Below are positions 38,576 to 47,970 of a DNA stretch of 59,804 nucleotides, piece after piece. The notes under the pieces are model-generated. The model ran no database searches and had not been told where the DNA came from. It worked only from the letters and a program-made list of their open reading frames with translations. The position numbers were made by a program, and so were the translations under genes. The stretch's first letter is position 1. Each line of letters begins with the position of its first letter. Source of the DNA: Desulfurococcales archaeon (GTDB lineage Archaea; Thermoproteota; Thermoprotei_A; Sulfolobales; NBVN01); assembly GCA_027064885.1 (NCBI GenBank), contig JAMOOZ010000044.1:1-59804 (forward strand), written 5' to 3'.

Positions 38576-40180
38576 ATGGTGCTTAAGCTGATATTCGTTA
38601 CGGGAGGAGTGCTTTCAGGGCTCGGCAAAGGGGTCGTAACAGCCTCTTTAGGATTATTGCTTAAAGCTTCAGGGCTATCTGTTACGGCGATAAAGATCGA
38701 CCCTTACGTTAATGTTGATGCAGGAACAATGAATCCTTACATGCATGGGGAAGTATTCGTAACAGAGGACGGTGGAGAGACGGACCTTGACTTAGGGCAC
38801 TACGAAAGATTCCTTAATATTAACCTAAGCAAGAAGAACAACATAACAACAGGGAAGATTTACTCTACTGTAATAATGAAGGAGCGAAAAGGTGAATACC
38901 TAGGTCAGACCGTCCAGATAATACCACATGTTACTGACGAGATCAAGAAGGAGATCCTTGACGTGACAAAGGAGCAAGGGACTGACGTCGCTATCGTTGA
39001 GATTGGGGGAACTGTAGGTGACATTGAGGGACTACCCTTCTTAGAAGCTGCTAGGCAGTTAAGGCTTGAGTTAGGAGAAACTAATACGCTTTTCGCTCAC
39101 GTAGTTCTAGTACCTAGGTTAACCACTACAGGCGAGCTAAAAACGAAACCAGCACAACATAGTATCCAAGAATTACGCCGAATAGGTATTCAGCCGGACA
39201 TCCTCATTGCTAGGTCACCCACGCACCTCAGTGCTGAGGCTCGCGGGAAGTTATCGCTTTTCGGTAACGTACCTGAAAGGGCAATATTCAGTGATCCCGA
39301 CGTTGAGACCGTATATGAGGTACCATTGATCCTGCATAAGCAGAGAATACTTGATGTAGTTAGCAATAAGCTTCAGATCAGGTTAAACGAGCCAGACTTA
39401 ACTGCTTGGAAGGAGTTCGTAGAGAGAGTTAAGACCACATCAGAACCCGTAAGAATAGGTATGATAGGTAAGTACACGAAGTTAAGGGACAGCTACCTAA
39501 GTATAATTGAGGCGTTGAAGCACGCTTCTGCAAAACTGAACCTAAAACCCATTCTGAAGTGGTTTGAGGCCACGGACATAGAGCAGGGTCGCATAAATCC
39601 TAAAGAAATCCCTGAAGAAATAGACTGCGCTGTGGTGTTGCCAGGCTTCGGTAAGAGGGGACTAGTGGGTAAAATGGAAGCTGTAAAGGAACTAAGAGAG
39701 TCAGGCAAACCCGTGCTTGGAATATGCTTCGGACTACAGGTAATGGTTGTTGAGTTCGCTAGGAATGTTTTGGGATATAGAAACGCGAATAGCACGGAGA
39801 TAGATCCTAACACTCCTCACCCAGTAGTGGACTTAATGGACTTTCAGAGAGACGTTGAAGTACTAGGTGGTACCATGCGCCTTGGCGCAAGACCCATAAA
39901 GTTAGTTCCGGGTACGCTGGCACACAAGATCTATGGCGGCGCAGAAATAGTGCTTGAGAGGCATCGGCACAGATATCAAGTCAACCCGGACTACATCGAT
40001 GAGTTCCAGGACCATGGGTTCGTAGTAAGCGGCACTAGTGATGACTGCATGGCTGAGATAATGGAGCTTAAGGATTCTAAGTTCTACCTAGGTACTCAAG
40101 CACATCCGGAATTCAAGAGTAGGCCCCTCAACCCATCACCGGTATTCGAAGGATTACTCATTGCTACCTTGAGGGAATAA
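38576..40180 (+). CDS. pyrG: CTP synthase
   Basis: FVTGGVLSGLGKG, DPYVNVDAGTM, GICFGLQ, RHRHRY, QAHPEF. Confidence 0.98.
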   Translation: MVLKLIFVTGGVLSGLGKGVVTASLGLLLKASGLSVTAIKIDPYVNVDAGTMNPYMHGEVFVTEDGGETDLDLGHYERFLNINLSKKNNITTGKIYSTVIMKERKGEYLGQTVQIIPHVTDEIKKEILDVTKEQGTDVAIVEIGGTVGDIEGLPFLEAARQLRLELGETNTLFAHVVLVPRLTTTGELKTKPAQHSIQELRRIGIQPDILIARSPTHLSAEARGKLSLFGNVPERAIFSDPDVETVYEVPLILHKQRILDVVSNKLQIRLNEPDLTAWKEFVERVKTTSEPVRIGMIGKYTKLRDSYLSIIEALKHASAKLNLKPILKWFEATDIEQGRINPKEIPEEIDCAVVLPGFGKRGLVGKMEAVKELRESGKPVLGICFGLQVMVVEFARNVLGYRNANSTEIDPNTPHPVVDLMDFQRDVEVLGGTMRLGARPIKLVPGTLAHKIYGGAEIVLERHRHRYQVNPDYIDEFQDHGFVVSGTSDDCMAEIMELKDSKFYLGTQAHPEFKSRPLNPSPVFEGLLIATLRE

Positions 40181-40291
40181 AAGGAAAGGTTGATTGCTTA
40201 AACAGTATAAATCACCATAAATTTCTTCATAAACGAGTGCAGCATTAAAAATAATTTTGGTTAATCACAAAACCTATTTGGTCATATCGAA

Positions 40292-42211
40292 ATGGAGTTT
40301 GAAGATACTATTACATTGAAAGAAGGCTCTATATTAATGCTAGGAAATGAAGCAATAGCTAGAGGAGCCCTTGAAGGAGGCATGGGTTTAGCAGCCGCGT
40401 ATCCGGGAACCCCCTCCTCAGAGATCGTGGAGTCCCTCCTTAAAGTAAAGGACAAACTAGGGATCTACGTCGAGTGGAGCGTTAACGAGAAAGTAGCGTT
40501 TGAAGTATCTTACGCCGCAGCTATTTCAGGCGTCAAGTCACTCGTTGCGATGAAGCATGTGGGGCTTAACGTAGCTGCGGATCCACTGATGAGTTCGGCA
40601 TATACGGGTGTAAGGGAGAGTTTCGTGATAGTAACTGCTGATGACCCGAGTATGTGGAGCAGCCAGAATGAACAAGACAACAGGTTATATGGTGTGCATG
40701 CCTACATACCTGTATTTGAACCCTCAGACCCTGGAGAGGCAAAAGAACTATGTAAATTCGCTTTTGAATTCAGCTCGAAGGTAAAGCACCCAGTAATCCT
40801 AAGAACCACTACCCGCTTAAGCCACACACGCGGTCCAGTCACATTAGGAACCATACCAAGGTTAACCACGCGCGGTGAGTTCATTAGGAAAAAAGAATAC
40901 GTACTCACACCGTCAAACGCTAGGAAAGATCGTGAAGCAATGCTAACAAGATGGGAGAAGATAACGAATGAAGTTAACTCAGTTCCGTTTAATAGAATAG
41001 AAGGTGACGGAAGGAACTTAGTAATAGCATCAGGAATAGCGTACGCGTATGTGAAGGAGACAGTAGTGTCTGGGAAAGTAGGAGATGGTTGGAAAATACT
41101 AAAACTCAGTACGCCATACCCTGTTCCTAGGAAGCTACTTCTCAAAGCCCTAGAGAGTGTTGAGAAGGTTCTGATTGTGGAGGAGTTAGAACCTGTTGTT
41201 GAAAAGGAAGTGAAAGCCATACTTTATGAGGAGGGAATTACTGTAGAGCTGCATGGGAAGGATCTCATTGGGCTTCCCTACGAGATGAGTCACGAGCGAA
41301 TATATAATGCGTTAAAGTTATTTACTGAAGGCAGAAAGCCAAGAGCACTGACAACAAGCAATGCAAAGGAAGCCTTACCGATACCCCCGCGCCCACCAAC
41401 ATTCTGTCCAGGATGCCCCTACCGCCCGCTCTTCTACACTATAAGGAGGTACCTCAACAGGAAAAAACTAAGCTACGTAGCTGCTGGCGACATAGGATGT
41501 TATGCCTTAGCCCATAATCCGCCATACAATCTCCAAGACGTAATTATCAATATGGGCGGAAGCATAGGAACCGCTAACGGATTCGCACACGTACTTGACT
41601 CCATCATACTCGCCATAATCGGTGACTCAACATTCTTCCATACAGGCATACCCCCACTGGTGAACGCCGTATGGCATGGGACACCAATAGTCGTGATAAT
41701 CCTCGATAATGAGATCACCGCCATGACTGGCCATCAACCCTCGCCCGCCACCAGGGGAGCAGGTGCTACCGAGAACTACGTTCCCTTGGAAAGTGTTGTC
41801 AAGGGGCTTGGAGTTAACTTTGTCGAGGTGATAGATCCCTTTGACGTAACACAGGTTGAGGACACGCTCAATAAGGCAATAGAGCACGCGAGCAGGCAGA
41901 GGGAACCTGCTGTGATAGTAGCTAGGCGAAAGTGCGCCCTAAGCGCCTTACGGAGTCTAAGGAGGGCCGGAATAAAGCTACCGCTCTTCAAAGTTGACTT
42001 GAGTAAGTGCATTAAATGCGGTACGTGCTACAACGCTTTTGCGTGTCCTGCGATTTACCCGGATAAAGAAGGTCGTGCTCACATAGACCCAGAACTCTGT
42101 GTGGGGTGTGGAGCATGTACGCAGGTGTGCCCAGTCAACGCGATAATGCCCGTGGATCATTCTGATACATATAAGCTGCAGAAAGGCTTAATAGAGAAAT
42201 TCTGGAGGTGA
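40292..42211 (+). CDS. iorA: Indolepyruvate:ferredoxin oxidoreductase alpha subunit
   Basis: GNEAIARGA, YPGTPSSE, MKHVGLNVAAD, FCPGCP, GDIGCY, GDSTFFH, two C-terminal 4Fe-4S motifs. Confidence 0.97.
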   Translation: MEFEDTITLKEGSILMLGNEAIARGALEGGMGLAAAYPGTPSSEIVESLLKVKDKLGIYVEWSVNEKVAFEVSYAAAISGVKSLVAMKHVGLNVAADPLMSSAYTGVRESFVIVTADDPSMWSSQNEQDNRLYGVHAYIPVFEPSDPGEAKELCKFAFEFSSKVKHPVILRTTTRLSHTRGPVTLGTIPRLTTRGEFIRKKEYVLTPSNARKDREAMLTRWEKITNEVNSVPFNRIEGDGRNLVIASGIAYAYVKETVVSGKVGDGWKILKLSTPYPVPRKLLLKALESVEKVLIVEELEPVVEKEVKAILYEEGITVELHGKDLIGLPYEMSHERIYNALKLFTEGRKPRALTTSNAKEALPIPPRPPTFCPGCPYRPLFYTIRRYLNRKKLSYVAAGDIGCYALAHNPPYNLQDVIINMGGSIGTANGFAHVLDSIILAIIGDSTFFHTGIPPLVNAVWHGTPIVVIILDNEITAMTGHQPSPATRGAGATENYVPLESVVKGLGVNFVEVIDPFDVTQVEDTLNKAIEHASRQREPAVIVARRKCALSALRSLRRAGIKLPLFKVDLSKCIKCGTCYNAFACPAIYPDKEGRAHIDPELCVGCGACTQVCPVNAIMPVDHSDTYKLQKGLIEKFWR

Positions 42212-42217
42212 GGCACC

Positions 42218-42874
42218 TTGGTGCTCAATATAGTTGTAGTTGGGGTAGGGGGTCAAGGCATACTCACTCTCTCAAAAATCCTTGGCGCGTGCGCAGTCGA
42301 AGCGGGTGTTAAAGCCTTAGTTGCAGAGACCCACGGCATGAGCCAGCGTGGGGGTTCAGTGATAGTTCACGTAAGGGTAGGTAATGACGTGTACGCTCCC
42401 ACCGTGCCGCTGCATGAAGCACACGTAATGGTTGCATTAGAAATGCTAGAAGGTGCCCGATACTTAAATTACGTCAACCCGGAGTTCTCGCTCAGCATAG
42501 TGAATGACAAAGTACTGAGACCGTCAATCCCTGGTACGAAGGTCCCAGAGAAGGAGACGATACTAAAAGCAATAAAGAGTCACTCAGCCCTCACAGTAGT
42601 AGTTAACGCTTCAGAGGAGGCAATTAGGCTTGGTAACCCTGCAGGAGCTAACATGTTCATGCTGGGATTCCTAGTGAGGCTACTGGAGTTCCTGGGCTTA
42701 CCTATGCAGGATTGCTGTACCGATAAGCTACCCCATCCAAACACTGACCTTGGGAAGGCCAATACAGCCATATTTAAGCGCGGGTTAATGGAAGCTAGCG
42801 CACTTCTTAAGGGAGTGAAAGAAGGGAAGGTTACGGAATTACCATGGCTAAAAGAAGGGCTTCTTCAGAACTAG
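42218..42874 (+). CDS. iorB: Indolepyruvate:ferredoxin oxidoreductase beta subunit
   Basis: GVGGQG, ETHGMSQRGGSV. Confidence 0.96.
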   Translation: MVLNIVVVGVGGQGILTLSKILGACAVEAGVKALVAETHGMSQRGGSVIVHVRVGNDVYAPTVPLHEAHVMVALEMLEGARYLNYVNPEFSLSIVNDKVLRPSIPGTKVPEKETILKAIKSHSALTVVVNASEEAIRLGNPAGANMFMLGFLVRLLEFLGLPMQDCCTDKLPHPNTDLGKANTAIFKRGLMEASALLKGVKEGKVTELPWLKEGLLQN

Positions 42875-42956
42875 GTTTTACTTAATTGGGGGTAAAGGAT
42901 TAGCATCAAAAACTTACTTAGCTCAAATTTTAACTGCCTAATGTTCGCTACTGAGG

Positions 42957-43199
42957 TCATATTATTTTTGACTCAATTATGATCATTGTGGTTGTGCCAC
43001 GTACTTGCGGTATCCTTCGAATCTTATTTATTACTAGCTCCCTTAGGGATTCGTGGGAGTTAGCCTCTGCTTTAACTACAATATCATACATACCATATAC
43101 TACGTGTATTTCCTTGACGCCCTCTATTTGTGAGAGAGCCTCCATAACCTGTGATTCTGCACCTATTTCGGTGTTTACGAGAACTATCGCGGCAGGCAT
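42957..43199 (-). CDS. Stand-alone Lrp/AsnC ligand-binding (RAM) domain protein
   Basis: AIVLVN...G, VYGMYDIVVK, KIRRIPQVRGTTT; no HTH; ATG 43199. Confidence 0.92.
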   Translation of the reverse strand: MPAAIVLVNTEIGAESQVMEALSQIEGVKEIHVVYGMYDIVVKAEANSHESLRELVINKIRRIPQVRGTTTMIIIESKII

Positions 43200-43320
43200 A
43201 GCGCCATCATCGTATATACTGGTATACAATCCTAATAAAGGTAAACCGTGAAAGTTAAACTCGCTCCTTACGCAAAACACGATCATTACGCTACACTATG
43301 TAAATTTTGATGATGTTAGG

Positions 43321-43391
43321 ATGTTCAGTAGCCCGGTTCTCCTCATCCTGAGCGGATCCACGGATCCGCCCTTACAAAGCTCATCATTTCC
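43321..43391 (-). ncRNA. Box C/D guide sRNA (predicted target tRNA-Val(UAC))
   Basis: C ATGATGA 43387-43381; guide GCTTTGTAAGGG; D' CGGA 43368-43365; C' AGGATGA 43349-43343; guide GGAGAACCGGGCTA; D CTGA 43328-43325. Confidence 0.82.
43352..43369. repeat. Perfect 8-bp inverted repeat GCGGATCC-AC-GGATCCGC
   Basis: Read directly; lies inside the C/D sRNA between C' and D'. Confidence 0.9.
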
Positions 43392-43478
43392 CCTAACTGT
43401 CTTACCGTCCTCAGCTAAATATATGTGCCCCTAAAGACTTTAACATATGATTGAATATCCTCCTAGGCGCTGAGTAGG

Positions 43479-44225
43479 ATGAGACTGGAGGAAGGTTACT
43501 TTGCTAACCTAGTGGGGCAATACTCACGGTTCAACAATGAAGTGCGCATAGTAATGGACGCACTAAAATTTAGCGATGAGTCCTACGTAATAATGAGGCC
43601 TTCGGTTGTTCCTTTAGATATTAACGGAGTAACAAGGCACGTTACTCTACCCCCACTAACCCTAATCACACCTAAGCCTTTAGACGCTACCTACAGATAT
43701 TATCGTATTACAGAGGAGTGCTGGGTAGATGGAAAAATCCTGCTGGGTAGTCGCCCTGACGTTATAGGAGCAGGTGCCCTCAAAGACTTACTTAATCCTA
43801 TAATACAGCTCGTTAATAAGCGGGTAACCTCTGTTAGGGGCAACAAGTGCCTCGTAGTTGATATCAACTCCGAAATTACATGGGATGACTACTTTAGCAA
43901 GGTGTTTCATACGAAACATATTGCCTTACTACCTGGATTAACAGGCATAGTTACCGAATCCGTTGAGGGTTTAGCATGGCATTTATGGCGTGTTCACCCT
44001 ATGCTCTACGGTTTGAAGCACCCCAGTACCCCTCTTGAGGCTGAAATTGTACGTGATGTTCCTAAGAAACTAATGGTCCTTTCAAAGCCCCTAATCTTCC
44101 TTGACGATTATGTGTTGATAAGTGAGATTCCGTATAATGGATCAATAATTATGACTGGGCTCATAAATAATAACAATGAACTTATGAAGACGCTTGCGTT
44201 AAGGGCATTACTCTACGTTTGCTAA
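43479..44225 (+). CDS. Hypothetical protein
   Basis: 248 aa ORF with upstream TATA-like element; no motif recognised. Confidence 0.75.
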   Translation: MRLEEGYFANLVGQYSRFNNEVRIVMDALKFSDESYVIMRPSVVPLDINGVTRHVTLPPLTLITPKPLDATYRYYRITEECWVDGKILLGSRPDVIGAGALKDLLNPIIQLVNKRVTSVRGNKCLVVDINSEITWDDYFSKVFHTKHIALLPGLTGIVTESVEGLAWHLWRVHPMLYGLKHPSTPLEAEIVRDVPKKLMVLSKPLIFLDDYVLISEIPYNGSIIMTGLINNNNELMKTLALRALLYVC

Positions 44226-45863
44226 ATCCTTGAAGTCCTGTATGTTTACCTTTTTTCTTTTTCTTGACTGAATTTCCTCGGCTGTCCCTTTAGCAATTAC
44301 TTCATATAACTTAGCTTCCTTTCCCTCACCGGGCCGTAGTAACCTACCGAGTCTCTGGATGAATTGACGGCGTGATCCTGTTCCGGCTACTAGAATGCCT
44401 ACGTTAGCGTCAGGTATATCTAAGCCCTCATCCCCTACCGTAGTTACTACTAGAACCCCACTCCTGCATCTTTTGAATTCCTCTAGCACTTTCCTTCGTT
44501 CCCGCGCATCCATCTCGCCAGTAAGTAGGTATGCCTTCACCCTGTTAGCCAAGGTTTTTGCTAGATCCACGTAGTGAGCGAATATTATTATCTTGGATCC
44601 TTCAGCGAGTTCTTTCCTTATTATTTCCTCAACTTTCCTTAGTTTAGCCTCGGATTTCCGTATTATTTGGCGCATCTCAGAGTGAATACGTAGTGCTTGG
44701 ATTGCTCTAGCATCACCTCTTCTCGCTGCATCAACTATGGTGTCGAAATCAACGTAACCCGCTAGTCTCCTGAATCTCTTCTTTAGTTCCTCGTATCTTC
44801 TCTTCTCAGCAGGAAGTAACGGTACTTTAACGGTTATTATCCTGTACTTAGCTAAATAGCCCTTCTCCGCAAGTTCCTGAGGGGTCTTGTAATATACTAT
44901 ACCCCCCATTAACGGGAACAATATCGCATGTTTTCCATCCTCTCTATAAGGTGTGGCTGAGAGTCCTAACCTATATTTTGATGGCATACTCACGGCTATG
45001 TGTTTGAACTTCTCTGCTGGCAGATGATGAACTTCATCTATTATGATGTGGTTAAAGTATGGCGCAAGTTTTGCTGTATGCTTATACGCTGTTTGATATG
45101 TCGCTAGCGTTATGGGCGCGATTCTCTTTTCTTTACTGTAGTAAAGACCTATGGTATATTCCGGAATATTTGTGAATTTGAGGAATGCGTCCTTCCATTG
45201 CATTAACTGCTCTTTGGTATAGGCTATTACTAAGGTTCTTTGTTTTACCTCAGTTACTGAAGCTACACCTATTACGGTCTTTCCGGAGCCTGTGGGCAAT
45301 GCTATGACGCCCCGCCCATTATTCTTTAACCAGGACTTTATGGCGTCCTCCTGATAGTCTCTTAACTCACCGGTGAACACCGCATCAATGTTCAGAGGCA
45401 AATCGTTCTTGAAACCCGTGAGATCCTCTACGTTAAATCCTAGATCATGCAGCCTGGTCTTTAATTCATGGTACTTATATGGTAGCGTATAGAACATCTT
45501 GTCCTTTGAATTGTATCTTAGTAGATCCTTTAGTTTGTCATAGAGCCTGCCTAAGTACCGCTCAAATTTAACGTAAATTCTCTCACCATCGAAGGAAAGT
45601 ATTGCCGAACCTCTACTCGCACGGAGGTAGTCATTAAGCACGTCCTCAATTTCAGAATCATACTCAGCACCTACATCGTCTAGGATAGATAGGATCTCAT
45701 CGATCGAAAGTCCACTGGACAATACTTTATTTTTCGATAAGCGGAAATAAGAAATTCCTTTACTTCTGCCCGCATAGTCAGCTACTCGCAATATTTTCTT
45801 AAAGTCCTCGGAGTCAATCCATCCTTTAACCCGGATCTTCAATCGTTCTGCATCATTAACCAC
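44208..45863 (-). CDS. XPB/Rad25-like SF2 DNA helicase
   Basis: LRDYQ, LPTGSGKT, DEVHH, LSATPYREDG (RED motif), EGLDIP, QRLGRLLR. Confidence 0.93.
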   Translation of the reverse strand: MVNDAERLKIRVKGWIDSEDFKKILRVADYAGRSKGISYFRLSKNKVLSSGLSIDEILSILDDVGAEYDSEIEDVLNDYLRASRGSAILSFDGERIYVKFERYLGRLYDKLKDLLRYNSKDKMFYTLPYKYHELKTRLHDLGFNVEDLTGFKNDLPLNIDAVFTGELRDYQEDAIKSWLKNNGRGVIALPTGSGKTVIGVASVTEVKQRTLVIAYTKEQLMQWKDAFLKFTNIPEYTIGLYYSKEKRIAPITLATYQTAYKHTAKLAPYFNHIIIDEVHHLPAEKFKHIAVSMPSKYRLGLSATPYREDGKHAILFPLMGGIVYYKTPQELAEKGYLAKYRIITVKVPLLPAEKRRYEELKKRFRRLAGYVDFDTIVDAARRGDARAIQALRIHSEMRQIIRKSEAKLRKVEEIIRKELAEGSKIIIFAHYVDLAKTLANRVKAYLLTGEMDARERRKVLEEFKRCRSGVLVVTTVGDEGLDIPDANVGILVAGTGSRRQFIQRLGRLLRPGEGKEAKLYEVIAKGTAEEIQSRKRKKVNIQDFKDLANVE

Positions 45864-45954
45864 TAAAATGCACCTCTCTGGAAGCCACGTATATAAGTCG
45901 TCATTAGCTTGTTTAGGGTTTTCCTCATCAAGCCTAAGTCAACGCTTATGGAAC

Positions 45955-46281
45955 TCACTCGTAAAATTCCACAATTACCCGAACCTTCACCGCATCGCTA
46001 CTGAATGCGGGGGGTTCCTCACCCACGTCCACTGCGAACGTAACTTCATTCCCTAAACTATCAATAAACTTAACTTCAGCAACGTAGGTCTCACCTTCAC
46101 CCTTTTCTAGTGATTTCATAAGGGCCTCATATAGCCTTGAGAAGGCTAACTGGAATGATACAGGGTTACTCAGATCCTGCGGGGTTATTTTTGCCTGTGC
46201 TAATCCCCTAGCAATACTTAAGGGCACCTTACTGATTCTCGCAACTCCGGTGAATTCTGCCTTATGAAGGCTCTCCTCCAT
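45955..46281 (-). CDS. Hypothetical protein
   Basis: 108 aa from ATG 46281 with AGGTGAGG SD; no motif recognised. Confidence 0.75.
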   Translation of the reverse strand: MEESLHKAEFTGVARISKVPLSIARGLAQAKITPQDLSNPVSFQLAFSRLYEALMKSLEKGEGETYVAEVKFIDSLGNEVTFAVDVGEEPPAFSSDAVKVRVIVEFYE

Positions 46282-46424
46282 TATCCTCACCTGAGTAGGT
46301 AACCAACAGAATACTAATAAGCAGTTCCCAAACACCCTCCTAGCAAACTACAACAAAACTTATAAGGCAGAGGTAAAGAATACTCTGCGAATAAAGCAAT
46401 TTAGGCAGATGAGGTGAGAGAACA

Positions 46425-46721
46425 ATGTCATCCCAAGGTCCAATCTCAAGCAATGTAGTCCTAGTAGGTAAGAAGCCCGTAATGAACTACGTACTAGCTA
46501 CCCTAACCCTGTTAAATCAGGGCGTCTCAGAGATCGTGATAAAGGCTAGGGGCAGAGCCATCAGCAAGGCTGTTGACACCGTCGAGATAGTGAGAAGCAG
46601 GTTCCTCCCCGACAAGGTGGAGATCAAGGACATCAAGGTTGGCAGCCAAGTAGTAACCACTGCCGAGGGCAGACAAACTAGGGTTTCCACCATCGAAATA
46701 GTAATTGCCAAGAAAGAGTAA
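46425..46721 (+). CDS. albA: DNA/RNA-binding protein Alba
   Basis: [36 protein letters not shown]. Confidence 0.98.
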   Translation: MSSQGPISSNVVLVGKKPVMNYVLATLTLLNQGVSEIVIKARGRAISKAVDTVEIVRSRFLPDKVEIKDIKVGSQVVTTAEGRQTRVSTIEIVIAKKE

Positions 46722-46756
46722 GCAACGGGCTTTAAGTGAAATTAAAGACTCTCAGC

Positions 46757-46766
46757 GCTTTTTTCC
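46757..46766 (+). terminator. Oligo-T terminator candidate after albA
   Basis: T6 tract at 46759-46764, about 40 nt after the stop. Confidence 0.5.
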
Positions 46767-46865
46767 TGGCTATTCAATAAAGAGGCTGGCTTGAGGCCAT
46801 AGTCCTACAGAAAACAGAAAAATGCGTTAATAGCTTCCTCATATACTATATCTTCGGTTGAAATC

Positions 46866-47570
46866 GTGGGGAAACTGCTTCAAATGCTTGAACAATATGA
46901 GCATCCCTTACTGCAGGTGGCATTAGACTTCACAGACATTGAAGAAGCCATACGTGTAATGTCTACTCTGAGAGACCTCCCAATACCAATAGTAGAGGTT
47001 GGAACACCTTTAATTAAGGCTGAAGGTATAAGATCCGTGGGCATAATTAAGGCACTAGCAAGGGCCGATGCCCTAATCCTTGCAGACATGAAAACAGCTG
47101 ACGTAGGTGCCCTTGAAACCAGCATGGCGGCTCGCCACGGCGCAGATATTGTGACTGTTCTCGCATCAAGCGACGACGCTGTTATAGAAGCCGCAGTTAC
47201 TGAGGGTAAGAAACTGAACGTTGACATCATTGCTGACACCATAGGTTTACAACCCGATGTAATTCCTCGGCGCGTTAGAGAATTATATAATCTTGGAGTT
47301 AACATAATTAATATCCATTCAGGAATCGATGTTCAACGAAAACTCGGTATTAAGGGCACATCATTCCGGGCTCTTGCTTGCAGGATAAAGAATGACCTAA
47401 GCAACGTGATCATCTCCGTTAGCGGGGGGATAAAACCTGAGGACATTAAGGAATTCACTGAAGCCTGTGTTGATATTGTTGTCATAGGTTCCGCCATTAC
47501 GAAAGCGCCTGATCCGCATGGAGCAGCAACATATGCACTCGACGCGTTATCGCGTATAATACGGAAGTAA
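46866..47570 (+). CDS. hps: 3-hexulose-6-phosphate synthase (OMPDC/HPS family)
   Basis: LQVALD, EVGTPLIK.EG, ADMKTADVG, HSGIDVQ, SGGI, IGSAITK. Confidence 0.9.
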   Translation: MGKLLQMLEQYEHPLLQVALDFTDIEEAIRVMSTLRDLPIPIVEVGTPLIKAEGIRSVGIIKALARADALILADMKTADVGALETSMAARHGADIVTVLASSDDAVIEAAVTEGKKLNVDIIADTIGLQPDVIPRRVRELYNLGVNIINIHSGIDVQRKLGIKGTSFRALACRIKNDLSNVIISVSGGIKPEDIKEFTEACVDIVVIGSAITKAPDPHGAATYALDALSRIIRK

Positions 47571-47640
47571 CGCGCTCTACGTTTTTTAAGGTTTGAAATA
47601 CCCTACCTACATTCGTGGGTGACGATACACGTTAGAGATA

Positions 47641-47970
47641 ATGTTGTTCATAGCGACAATTACGTTGATTATCCTAGCCGTAACTGGCTATGACCAATAC
47701 ATAGCGACACGTATAAGAGCTAAAGTATTAGCTTCATCAAGCCATACTTTTCGTCCGGGATCAAGTGACTCTCTAGCTGAGGTGGACCCTCATACGAGGA
47801 TGAGGGTAAAAAAGGTTAAGGCCGTTAAGGTTGGAAGTTATTTAGTCATTACGTTAGTCATAAGTGAAAATAGCTCTAGCGGAGATAAGGTTGAGATAGA
47901 TGACCCTTCATTACTAATACCGCTAGTTAGCGTCCTGGATGATGAAGAGGGTGCGGAAGCTATTTCATAA
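47641..47970 (+). CDS. Hypothetical protein with N-terminal TM segment
   Basis: Hydrophobic N-terminus, acidic C-terminus; start uncertain. Confidence 0.6.
   Translation: MLFIATITLIILAVTGYDQYIATRIRAKVLASSSHTFRPGSSDSLAEVDPHTRMRVKKVKAVKVGSYLVITLVISENSSSGDKVEIDDPSLLIPLVSVLDDEEGAEAIS

Noticed and set aside
43200..43286. N-terminal extension of the Lrp/AsnC ORF as an HTH
   Set aside because: No HTH pattern; the region looks like promoter DNA and ATG 43199 gives a typical stand-alone RAM domain
43305..43352. Plus-strand ATGATGT...CTGA as a C/D RNA
   Set aside because: No internal D'/C' pair; the minus-strand reading gives a complete box set with sensible guides
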